The position numbers and the translations under genes are program-made. Shown here piece by piece: positions 20,655-31,426 of a DNA stretch of 32,719 bases (position 1 is its first letter; every line of letters begins with the position of its first letter). The notes under the pieces are model-generated. The model was not told the origin of the DNA. It did no database searches and was given only the letters and a program-made list of their open reading frames with translations. The stretch is from NCBI GenBank assembly GCA_000388065.2, contig KB932207.1; one strand, written 5' to 3'. The DNA comes from Fonticula alba ATCC 38817. Lineage: Eukaryota; Protista; Nucleariida.

Positions 20655-22610
20655 TCATACCAGCCCGGTCACAACATCGATTAAGCCCCCCTGGGCGGCC
20701 GGCTCCCCGGAGCCAAGAGGCTGCCAGGGATACCCAGCCAGAGGGAGGGTGGCGAGGTCGATGGCCCCATGGGTAAGGGCCGCGGCGTCCAGCGTCAGGG
20801 CCAGCTCCTGGGTGTCGCGCACGAGCACGGCCCCGGCGAAGCCCAGGGCATTCATGCTGAAGGTCAGCGTCGGGGAACCCTGCGGGCTGTCATTCTCCGG
20901 GGGCAGATCCGTCGATGCGATCACCGCGTCGCGGTTCTCGGTGAAGGACAGCGTCACGGCCGGGTGCTGGCGCGGGACGACCAGCAGCCAGCGCCGGGTC
21001 AGGAGAATGTTGGCCGACAGGACCCCCGGGCTGTCCAGGGTGTGGGCACAGTCAGCCGGCACCGGCCCGGCCGGGGGGAGCTTCGTGTCGGTGGCCGAGG
21101 CCAGGCGCTCCAAAGCCTGTAGGTAAAGGTGATGAACGGTGCTCGCCGCGCGGGGGGTCCACTCTCCGGGGACCGCATTCGGGGTGAAGGCCCGGCCGTC
21201 GGAGCTGGTCGCGAAATCCTCCGGGTCCAGCAGCGCCGCCAGATGCAGGAAGGGCAGCCGGTTCTCGGGCAGCTGGAAAAGGTGATTCGTCCGGGGAGGG
21301 GTTGCCTCTGTTGGTGCGTTGTGGGGGGGGGGGGACATGCGAAGAGTTGCGTCAATGTGGGACCGTGACAAAGTCGCACCGTGAGGCGGGGGGAGGGGGG
21401 CCAAGGAGAGAGAGAGAGAGAGAGAAAGAGAAAGAGAAACAGGGGGCCAGGAAGGGGGAGAAAGAGGGAAGGGAGGAACGAGGAGGGGGAGGAGGTCGGG
21501 CGCACGCTGTGATGTCCAGCGCTCGAGCACGCGGCTGATCGGCACCGCTGATGACTCCCATTCAAAGCCGGCTGGCGGGGTCTCCTGGGGCCGGTCATAC
21601 CCGCCGAGAGCCCAGCAGGGGAGGAGCTGCGCGTGGCGGTGGGCCTGTGATGCTCCGCTGTTGGCTCCGAGGTTGTAGAAGAGAATCCACTCGCCGGCCA
21701 GCTCGGCCAGGGTGAGGCGGGCGGCCCCGGGATCGACAGACCCATTGTCAACCGGGGCCCCATTGATGTCCATGTCGCAGGCGGGCGCCACCGACAGGGT
21801 CTGAAGCGCGCTGACGAAGGCGCGGCTGTCGGCCGCATCCCAGAGCCCCGTCTGGGGGGCGAAGTCTGTCATCGCACGGGCCGGCTAGCGGGGGGGGGGG
21901 GAGGAGGGAGGGTCAGGGGAATAGCGGCCATCGAGAGGGGGGACACCGGCAGGCAGCGGAAGAGAAGGCGGTGGGAGAGCGCAGGGGCTGCCCAGGGAAA
22001 GGGGTACCGGATGACACGACCAGAACATGGCCTTTGTCGACGGGGAACTTGTTCAGCAGAACCTTGTGGGAGGGGGGATTCTCCGCGGGGGCAGTGGGCA
22101 GATCGGCCACAAAGAGAGACGGATCGTGGGGGAGGAAGGGGTTTGGTCGCGGCCCAGGCGGCCGAGTGGACGGGCAGATGGCGCTCACGGCCGGGGGCAC
22201 CGCATCAACCAGGGAGTTACCGCCGGAGCACTGGCCGGGCGTGGGCTTTGCCGGTGCCTGGGGGGCGTTCTTCCTCGACAGAGAGGGGACCAGTCGAAGG
22301 GCAAACTGGTCCGGCGGCAAGAAGAGACGGACGATGGTGAGAGGACTGAATGGGAGGGGGGAGAGAGAGCGAAGGAGAAAGAAGAGAAAGGGCGGAAGGG
22401 AGAGCAAGGGCAGGGCCGAGAAAGTGGGCGAACAAAAAGATTGGGCCGTACCTCCAGGGCGTCGGGGCTGCGGCTGACACGAGTGACCCCGTCCGAGGCC
22501 GTTGTACAGGAGGACACGGCCGTGTGGCGAACGAGCGCCCCGGTCGCGAGGGCGTGGTTCCATGCCGACAGGACTGCCATGCGGCTCAACCCGGCGGGCA
22601 GGGGGGACAT
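20655..22610 (-). CDS. APA2: Diadenosine tetraphosphate (Ap4A) phosphorylase / ATP adenylyltransferase, Apa1/Apa2-like, 4 exons (22610-22452, 22305-22008, 21865-21506, 21307-20655)
   Basis: NPFLPHD, VLLNKFPVDKGHVLVVS, FAPQTGL, FYNLGANSGASQAHRHAQ (HxHxQ catalytic motif), NILLTRRWLLVVPR and MNALGFAGAVLV. Splice phases are compatible. Confidence 0.9.
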
Positions 22611-22660
22611 GGCTGGCAGCGTCGAACGAGAGAAGGAAGATGAAGAGCCCGGGATAGCCA

Positions 22661-22709
<49 letters not shown>

Positions 22710-23117
22710 NNNNNNNNNNNNNNNNNNNNNNNNNNNNNNNNNNNNNNNNNNNNNNNNNNNNNNNNNNNNNNNNNNNNNNNNNNNNNNNNNNNNNNNNNNN
22801 NNNNNNNNNNNNNNNNNNNNNNNNNNNNNNNNNNNNNNNNNNNNNNNNNNNNNNNNNNNNNNNNNNNNNNNNNNNNNNNNNNNNNNNNNNNNNNNNNNNN
22901 NNNNNNNNNNNNNNNNNNNNNNNNNNNNNNNNNNNNNNNNNNNNNNNNNNNNNNNNNNNNNNNNNNNNNNNNNNNNNNNNNNNNNNNNNNNNNNNNNNNN
23001 NNNNNNNNNNNNNNNNNNNNNNNNNNNNNNNNNNNNNNNNNNNNNNNNNNNNNNNNNNNNNNNNNNNNNNNNNNNNNNNNNNNNNNNNNNNNNNNNNNNN
23101 NNNNNNNNNNNNNNNNN
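22710..23117. other. Assembly gap (408 N), adjacent to a (GA)n microsatellite, inside the short divergent promoter region between APA2 and RAB5IF
   Basis: Run of n in the sequence. Confidence 1.
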
Positions 23118-23187
23118 CCCCAGCTCCTCGCCCCGCGCGCCCTGCACTGCCTTCGCTCGCACCCGCACCCGCACCCGCATTTGCATT

Positions 23188-24201
23188 ATGTCCTCTGCTC
23201 GCCAGCGTAAGCAGAACCAGGCCTCCGCCGTCGCCGCTGCTCCTGATGTCCCCGCCGTCGCCCCGAGCCCTGCCACCGGCGGTGCCCCGCTGACCATCGC
23301 CCAGTGCCTGAGCCGCGCCCTGGCTGGTGGCTCCAACTGGGAGAAGGTTCGCTCGCCTGCCCCGTGGCATTTGCCTCGCTGCTCCCCCCTCTCGCGGGCC
23401 TCATCTGACAATTATTTCTCTCCCTCGCTGCACCCTCCCCCTTCCCCCAAATGACATGCACACTTGAAGGATGAACTCCTGGACACGGTGTCTGTCGTGC
23501 GCATCTTCTGGTCACTTGCCCTCGGTGCCATTTGGGGTGTGCTGGGCATGAGCGGCCTTGTGGGCTTCCTCGCGTACGACTGCCCCATTCTGCGCTCGCC
23601 TTCTCCTTGCCACATCCGCGGCCCTTTGCTGACTGGCCACCTGTCACGTGTGCTCTTCCGATCTATCTTCTGGTCACTTGCCCTCGGTGCCATTTGGGGT
23701 GTGCTGGGCATGAGCGGCCTTGTGGGCTTCCTCGCGTACGACTGCCCCATTCTGCGCTCGCCTTCTCCTTGCCACATCCGCGGCCCTTTGCTGACTGGCC
23801 ACCTGTCTGCCCCGCGGGTCTGTCCCCTCGATCGCCGGCGCACTGCCAGCCTCGCCGCCGGGCTGGTCTTCGCGCCGCTTCTTTTCGCTCGCTTCCACCT
23901 GCGCATTGACCCGGAGCTGGTGGGCTTCTCTTCTGGCTTTTCGGACCTCATCACCGAGGGCTTTGCTCCGGGCATGGCTGCGGCCATGGTGCGTCGTGAC
24001 TCCCCTCTCGTCCCTCCGCCCCTCCCCCCCCGCCCCCTCCCTCCCTTTTCCTCTGCCTCGGCGCCTCCCGTGCTCGAGCCGGGCCGGCTCTCGGCCCCAT
24101 GACCTTCGCCCGTCGTGCTCTCCTGCCATCGATGTCTGACACCGCCCGCCCATTAGCTTGCCTGGATCACCCTCTACACGGCCTTCCATTCGTCTCTCTG
24201 A
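23188..24201 (+). CDS. RAB5IF: RAB5IF/OPTI (C20orf24, EMC6-like family) membrane protein, 4 exons (23188-23346, 23470-23573, 23850-23988, 24157-24201)
   Basis: NWEK|DELLDTVSVVRIFWSLALGAIWGVLGMSGLVGFLA...HLRIDPEL...LITEGFAPGMAAAM|LAWITLYTAFHSSL parallels human WEDKDEFLDVIYWFRQIIAVVLGVIWGVLPLRGFLG...LTKEGFMTSFALFMVIWIIFYTAIHYD. Confidence 0.88.
23503..23807 (+). repeat. Artefactual 143-bp direct duplication (23503-23645, 23665-23807) separated by an Illumina adapter fragment
   Basis: The two copies appear identical. The spacer 23646-23664 is ACGTGTGCTCTTCCGATCT, the 3' end of the TruSeq read-2 primer/adapter. Confidence 0.95.
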
Positions 24202-24617
24202 AGATGTGATCTGCCCAGCGCCCGGGCTGCACCTTGCTCTTTCTTCCCCCTCCTCCTCCCCCTCGCACGTGCACCGCACAACACATACGCAGCTCGGGCC
24301 GCTGGCGGGCAGGAGCAGCGGGAGACCCCCCCCCCCTGCACCCTCCTGGCTCTCCTGCGCTGCTGCTCCAATACAATAGATGTCCCCCTCCCACAGCCAG
24401 TGACTCCGACACATTCGCCAACAGAGCCCCGTCTCTTTGGGCGGGGATCGAGCGCCAGCAAGCAGACACCACCAAGGGGGGGGCGGAGGAAAACAAGGTC
24501 GATTTTGGCCACCGGTCAGACGGATCCATCCGACGGGCCAGGCGAGTCGGGCAGACACAGACGGCGAATGCGCGCAGACCCGGGGGGGGGGGGGGGGGGG
24601 AGGCACGAGAGGTGCTT

Positions 24618-26148
24618 CTAGAAGTTGTTGCTCTCCTTCCACTGGAGGAGGCGGTCTTCGGCGATATTGTCCTCAACCTGGATGCGGATGGTGGCCTCGG
24701 AGCGGAGCTTGGCAATGCGATTAGCCTGCAGGTTGACGAGCAGCGGCCCGGTCAGTGCCTCCAGCAGGACCGTCGAATAGGGCAGGTAGGCGCCGGGGCC
24801 GGTGGAATCGCCACCCCCGGGGCGCGGCAGGGACACCACATTCCCCAGGCTGCCAAGGCCACCGGCCGCCGAGGCGGAGGCCGAGGGTCCGGGACTGGCG
24901 GGCACGCGGCCTCCCGGCGCCTGGCCGCATGCCAGGGCCAATTGAATGGCCTGATTGAAGAAGAGCTGCAGTTCCGAGGGCGAGTCGAAGCCCGGCCCCA
25001 GCATCTGGAAGGAGCTATCACTGCCCGACAGGAAGAGGTCCTCATCTGAGAGAACCGTGATGGACCCGGTCTCGAAAGGGGAGGTCGGTCGGCTGGAGGC
25101 CGGCAGAGGGGCACCGGGGGCCGGCGGGGGCAACACGCCCGGGTCGGATGGCTGGGCGTCGGCCACCGGGGCATCGGCCTTCGGAGGGTCTGACACTGGG
25201 AGATGGGATTCGGCGGCATCGGAGGACATGGGCCCGGGTGTCACCGGGCCGGACGCCACCGGGCCGAGGGCCATCGCGTCCGGCATCGCCCCGGTGGATG
25301 CCTCATGCCCAGGTGACAGCCAGGAGAGGGCCTTCTTCCAGCGGAAGTGCGCCGGGTCATCGATGGGCGGCTCGGCACCATCCTCGGTCTCGGGGTCCGG
25401 CCCGGGCACCGGGGCCTCGGGCAAAGCCGACCGACCGGCCGCCGGCTCGTCAAGCAGATCCGAGAGGGAAATGGATTTGATCGACACCCGAGGTGGATCA
25501 CCCGGTCCCGGCATGCTTGACAATGGGTTGGGGTAGGCGCCTCGCGAGGGGCGGCCGGTCGCCGCACCGAAGAAGCTGGAGAAGGACGACAGCCCGAAGA
25601 GCGATTCCGAGCTGGACCCGACGGAAGAGGATGCGGAGGACGAGAGCCGCGCCTGGGCTTGCTGCTGGAGGACTGCGGCTTCGGCGCATGCCAGCAAACA
25701 GACCGATGTGTGTGTCAGAATTGCCGAGCCCTCGGTGAAGAGCCGGTCCCAGATCAAGAGAACAATCTATCCCAGCAGGGGGGCGAGGGGGGAAGGGAGG
25801 GGGGAAGGGGACCAAACAGGATGGCGGAGATGGCGAGGATGGGGAAAACAGCAACCGCGGGAAGAACGACAGGGACCAGGGGGAGATGGGGGCAGGGGGT
25901 GAGGAGGGTCAGCGGGCAGACAAACTGACAGAGATGCATATCTACATGTGCCAAGAGACGCACCTCAGACGGCAAGTCCGACAGAGACCACAGGGCAGCC
26001 ATCCACCCCATCAGCACTGCCGACGAGGAAATGCCCTGGCGCCGGATGGCCCGGTAGAGTGTGCTCTTGTCAGCGTGGTAGCCCGCCCGGAGGAGGCGTT
26101 CGATGGTGGCCGGCGATTCGAAGAGGCGCTCGACAATCTGCCAGGTGG

Positions 26149-26215
<67 letters not shown>

Positions 26216-26252
26216 CGGGGGGTGGGGGGGTGTGCCCGGGGGATGCGCGTCG

Positions 26253-26301
<49 letters not shown>

Positions 26302-26643
26302 GGCGAGGGGAGGCGAGGAATGCCAGCGTGTGGATTACGGCCGGGAGGTCAGTGCCGGGTGCTGAAGGACCCGAGCAAGGGGCTGGCCAGGAAGAGCCAA
26401 TGGAAGGAAAGCGGGCAGGATGCCGCCCACTGAAGAGGGGAGAGGGGCAGAACGCACGTCACACTCGATGCGCGATCCCTCCAAGCGCTTGCCGAAGAAG
26501 GCCGGCGGCAGAACGCGCTCGATCAGCCCGGCCAGGATCCAGAAGGCCTGTGTGCGTGAGGCACCCGCCTTGATGATGGTTCCGGCGATGAAATTCATCC
26601 CCTGAGCATAACCGACGTCCTGATGGCCATCAAGCGGCGAGAA

Positions 26644-26676
<33 letters not shown>

Positions 26677-27527
26677 CGGAGGGTCAGGGCCCACTGATGG
26701 GGAGGCATGAACGAACGCCAAGCAAAGGCCTCAGGGCCCCACAGCACGCACCGGGTTCCGTGCACCATATGCCAGCAGGATGTCCACCAGCATGTCATTG
26801 CCGCAGGAGGTGCCCCGACAGGTGGGAAGGTCTCCCCGTGAGACAGTCTGCGACAGGGACGGGGAATTTAGCTTGCGGCATGGCTCGCACAGGTGCTCCG
26901 AGGTGCAGAAGTGGGCGAAATCCGCCTCTTGCGGAAAGGTCCGCCCGATGTCACGGTAGATCTCGCGCCGGAGCTGGCCATACCGGGGCGAGAGGCTGGA
27001 CTTGGCCAGACTCACCAGGTTCAGGTAGGGGGTGTGAACGATGCCGCCACTGTGTACAAGGAATGTCAGTAAACGGACGAAAGCGCCGGCCGGTGCAGCT
27101 TGAGGAGAAGAAGAAGAAGAAGAAGAAGAAGAAGAAGAAGAAGAGGGGCGCGAGGAGCGCGAGGCGGCGAGGCCCCATGGAGGGGCTCGTGTGCTGGTGG
27201 CCGTGGCACGGTGAAGACCTCCGGCCTGGGGAGCATGCACACGCACCCGGACAGGAGGAGGCTGCGTTCGGCCGACGGGATCCCATGCAGCATCCACCGG
27301 GAAAGGGAGTCCGCGGCCAATTCAAGTGCCCCACTGCAACGAAGCCACACCTCGATGCGGTGATTCGAGGGCAGCCCCATGCCCTGCTGGATGGACTGAA
27401 CAAGAAGCGAGTGCACCAGGGGCTTGTGCGCGAGCCCGGCGTCGGCAGGCAGGAAGGTGGGGAAGGCCATGGACGAGGTCAAGGAGTGAAGGTGTGCGCT
27501 GAGGGAGGCGTCCAGACGGTCTTTTTT

Positions 27528-27571
<44 letters not shown>

Positions 27572-28725
27572 AGAAGGAGAGAGAAGCCCATGGTCAGTGA
27601 GGGCACGAACGCAGGTGCTACCCAAGAGGGAAGAGAGCAAAAGCGTGACAGAGGCAAAGAGGCAGACGCAGAGAGGAAGGGCGGAGATGCCAGCGCACCA
27701 GCGGCCGTCGGACGCAAAACACTGCCAGGCGGAAGCCCTGGCGAGAAGGAGGGGAGGTGCCCACACGCAGGAGCACCCGCCGGGGTGGGATGGCTGGCCG
27801 CATGGAAGGACCCCACACGATCGATGAAGGGACTGGCCAGGGGGAGGCGCCCGGTGGCAGGCGAACAGCCATCCGTGCCGGAGGTGCCGGCAAGGCCATT
27901 GGGCCCGAGGGATGACCCGACAAAGGAGGTTGGCAAAATGGCCAGAGCCTGCTGCGGGATGGATGGCCACCACCAGGGGGGCGTCACGGCCGGCGGCCGG
28001 GGGATGAACACGCGCGAGCGCGAGCTCAGCCCCAAGTCGAAGGAGGCCGCGTCATCCGAGGCCCCGGTGGCCAGCAAGTCCCCGGGCTTGAGTCGCGAGG
28101 GGCCATCTGAAGCCCCGGCCGATGCCAGCCGTGGAGATGCCCCGGCCGCCGCGCTGCCCAACAGGGACATGGCCTCGGTGGCCGGCGACACGCAACACCG
28201 GAACTCCAAGTACAAGGAGGCCAGCTCGGTGAACTCGCAGCACAGCTGCCCGGACACCGGCCGACCAGGGCCAGCTCCCCCGAGGCTGGCCTCCGCACTG
28301 GCGCTGCGCGAGTGTTGGGACATCGGGTGCCCGGGGCTGGCAGCGCCTCCGGGCGAGGAGGCCGCCGGCGGTCCAGACCCCGGGGAAGCCGGGCCGCGCG
28401 CCGGTCGGCCGCCGAGTGGCGACCCGCCGGTGCTGTCGACTTCCGGCGAGGGGAAATCCCCACCGGCCGCCGTGGCCCCGGTGGACACTCCCCCAGTGCC
28501 AAACATGCCGATGGCCAGCCCGGACAACCAAGACCGATAGCGCCGGGCCTCAGACTGTTGCCAAAGAGTCAGGCGTCGGCGGTCCAACTGCGAGCTGCTG
28601 GCCACGGAGAAGGCCGACAGCAGGGGCAGTGCCGATGGCAGGACGTCCTCCACATGGCCGACGATCTCCTGCAGGAAAACCACGCCATCCAGGCTGTGGC
28701 ACGAGTGGCAGATGGACTGTAACAT
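24618..28725 (-). CDS. TBC-domain Rab GTPase-activating protein, at least 6 exons (about 28725/28716-27611, 27498-27247, 27049-26752, 26619-26458, 26137-25964, 25766-24618); 5' end uncertain
   Basis: GLPSNHRIEVWLRCSGA, Arg finger IYRDIGRTFP, Gln finger VGYAQGMNFIA, QAFWILAGLIE and IWDRLFTEG. All introns are GT..AG with compatible phases. Confidence 0.88.
26150..26299 (+). repeat. Poly-G tracts (poly-C on the sense strand) in a TBC gene intron
   Basis: Two long G runs seen directly between predicted exons. Confidence 0.9.
27107..27143 (+). repeat. (GAA)n microsatellite in a TBC intron
   Basis: Seen directly. Confidence 0.9.
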
Positions 28726-29714
28726 GGGCAGGGAGGGGGAGGAGGCGGAAGGCAGTCTGCCCCCGATGAAATGGGGTGGCAGGGATGGGCGGGAGAGGGA
28801 GAGAGGGGAGGGAGAGAGCGCGCGCGCGGTTTGCCTGCAAAGGGAATGCGAGTGACTGGCACAGGGGCAAGAGCGTCAAGAGGGGCCGAGAGAGTGGAGG
28901 AAGGCGACTGAGGCGCGCCGAGGTGGGGGAGGCCACTGGTCGGGCCGGCCAAAAAGGCCCCTTGCCTCGGGCATGGCCGGGGCCATTTCCGTGGATGGAT
29001 AGCCGAAGCATGCCACAAGGGGGGATCCGTGACTGGCCGGGGTGTGGGGGGTGGGGGGGGGGGGCACCCAGCCCGGCGACCGGGACCCCCGTCTGTGTGA
29101 CTCGCCTAAATTCCGTCCCTCGGGGGGAAAAAAGAAAAGCTCGCACGCGCCCCAGCTTGAAACGTGAGGCAGAACGCAATGCGGACCCCGGGGAACGGGC
29201 GTCGGCGGGCAGGTGGCCGAGGGCCGACGCGTAGCCCCCAATCTCGGCGGTTTCGGCGCACTCACAACAACAACAACAAAGGAGCGCGCGCCGGCTAACA
29301 CAGGGCGCCTCGGTCGGGCGTCCTCCGCTGACACCACCGGGGCCGAGTCACGTTATTTGATCGTTGGCATCCCAAGGGTGGGCAGCCGATCTGCGATCCT
29401 GCCCCTCCGTTGCGCGGGCGCGCGCGTGCTTGACAAGAGGCCGAGCGAGGCCGGGGGCGGCATCGGCGCCTGCCTCCCCTGGCGGCTGTCTTTCCGCAGG
29501 GCTCAACTGGGGGACTGGGATGTACGCCCAAGCAGGTCCGGCTCTTCCGGCCCATCCCCACGCGCACACAAGCACCACCACCCCCCCCCCCCCAGGCACA
29601 CATGCATTGCGGGAGTTTGCTGCGAGGGGATCTCGAGGAATGTGCGCTGTTTTGAGGGAGCCCGAGGCGGCACAGGAGCGACTGGTCGCACACAGTCAGC
29701 CCTCACAGCTGCTC

Positions 29715-29719
29715 ACACA

Positions 29720-29751
<32 letters not shown>

Positions 29752-29762
29752 CACACACACGC

Positions 29763-29827
<65 letters not shown>
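29715..29827 (+). repeat. Compound (GCAC)n/(CA)n microsatellite in the divergent TBC-RRG7 intergenic region
   Basis: Seen directly. Confidence 0.9.
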
Positions 29828-29829
<2 letters not shown>

Positions 29830-29873
29830 CGGATACCGCCGCTGTACTGCTTCTCCCCGCCCCTCCCACTCCA

Positions 29874-31097
29874 ATGCTCTGCCGACCGCTGGGTGTTGTG
29901 CAGGGGTTGCCGGCCGCCGGCCGACACCTCGCCCTATGGGCTCGGGCATATGGGGCCGTTCCTCGGCGTCGCGCTCCGGCTGGCGCGCCTCCGCCCGATG
30001 GGGCGCCGCTGCTCAGCTACTACCGATCCGGGCTTCTCTATGAGCTGTCGAGTCTCTTCGCCCTGGAGCGTCTGCTGCCGATGTCCCTGCGGCATTCCGG
30101 GCAAACGGCCGACCACGGCATCGACCTTCTCGGGTCTTGGAACCTTCGAAACGGCCAGTTCGTGTCCCCTCGGGCCTTCTTGTTCCTTGTTTCCTCCCTG
30201 CGCCCCCTGTGTCTTCTTCTTCTTCTTCTTCTTTTTTTCGGCCCCCATCCCCGGGAGAGCTCGCCCCCTTGGCCATTGCGCCCCCTCCGATCTCCTAATC
30301 CCCGTTCTCTCTCTCTCTCTCTCCCTCCTCGATCTGTCCCCCCTCCCCCCGGTCTTTGACTTGCGCCCGTTCGCAGGAAGGTCGCCGTCATTTGCCAGTG
30401 CAAGTACTCCACCAAATCCATCCCGGTCAACTTTGTCAGGAGCTTCCTCGGCACCATTAGCTCCATCCATTGCCTGAGTCCACCCAAGTGGCCTCCGGCC
30501 ATTTATCGCCTGTACCGGGAGGAGTTCTCGGCGCCGGCAGCGGACTTCGCCGTCCCCGATGCGGCCGATGGCGCGTCTCTCGGCGGCCTGGCCCTCCCGC
30601 GGCCCCTGTCGACGGTGACCCCCCCGCCCTATTCGCCGTTCGCCTCGGCACCCTGGGAAGATGATGAGGACTCGTTTGACGCGTCGCCGGCCTTCGCCGC
30701 TGCGGCGGCCGCGGCTGCCGCGGTGCCTGCCACGACCTCCCACTTCCCTGTGGTTGGGCTTTTCATTTCGCACACCCCCTACTCGCAGGCGGCCATGCGT
30801 CTGGTGCAGGACATCTCCCTGCCGATGATCTTCATCGAAGCCGGCCTGATGCTGGATGTGCCCGAGGTGCAGGCCCTCCTGGAGACCACGGTCAATAGTG
30901 AACTCCGCCAGGACTCCACGCCGGAGGACCTGCGCGAGGCACTGGTCCGGCACTACCGCATCAACAACATCCTGATGAATGACGCGGCGCAGCACCTCCT
31001 GCCTAGCGTGTCTGTCGGCCTGGACATGGCGGTTGATGCCCACGGCCCCGGGCACCGAGCGCGTCTGCTCGAAAGCGCCCCCCCTTCATGGAGGTAG
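29874..31097 (+). CDS. RRG7: RRG7/DUF2034-like restriction-endonuclease-fold protein, probably mitochondrial, 334 aa, 2 exons (29874-30157, 30377-31097)
   Basis: GLLYE...DHGIDLLGSWNL...VICQCK...NFVRSFLG...VVGLFISHTPYS...LPM...ILMNDAAQHLL fits the DUF2034 pattern. The N-terminus MLCRPLG...WARAYG is presequence-like. The spliced frame is 1005 nt. Confidence 0.72.
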
Positions 31098-31426
31098 GAG
31101 CACATCCCCAATGCCCTGCCCTTGTATTTTATAGACCCTCCCGATGGGCATGCGCTGGGTCGCTCGCCCCTCCACCATCAATGAAACCTCCTTTGCCCGC
31201 ACTCGGCAGAGGGTGGGGTGGGGTGGGTGGGGTGGGGAGGATGGGGGGGAGCAATGGCCACTGATGCGCATATGTGCTCATAGCTGGTACTTGGCCGAAT
31301 GGCGCATGCATCAGTGCGTCCTTTTCTTCTTCTTCTTTTGGTTGGGGGTCTTTTTTTTTTTGGCGGGACAGGGGCGAGGGGGGGGGGGGCACAGAGGTGC
31401 AGACAAACAGGGAAGCGGGACACCAG

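Noticed and set aside
23464-24102. Apparent internal duplication of a TM segment in RAB5IF
   Set aside because: The copies are identical and joined by an Illumina adapter, so this is an artefact.
24560-24620. Possible TAG readthrough or extra exon at the end of the TBC gene
   Set aside because: The downstream sequence is not coding-like and no motif continues across the stop.
24157-24700. RAB5IF next to a Rab-GAP as a functional cluster
   Set aside because: RAB5IF/OPTI acts in multipass membrane protein insertion; the link is in the name only, and eukaryotic adjacency is weak evidence.
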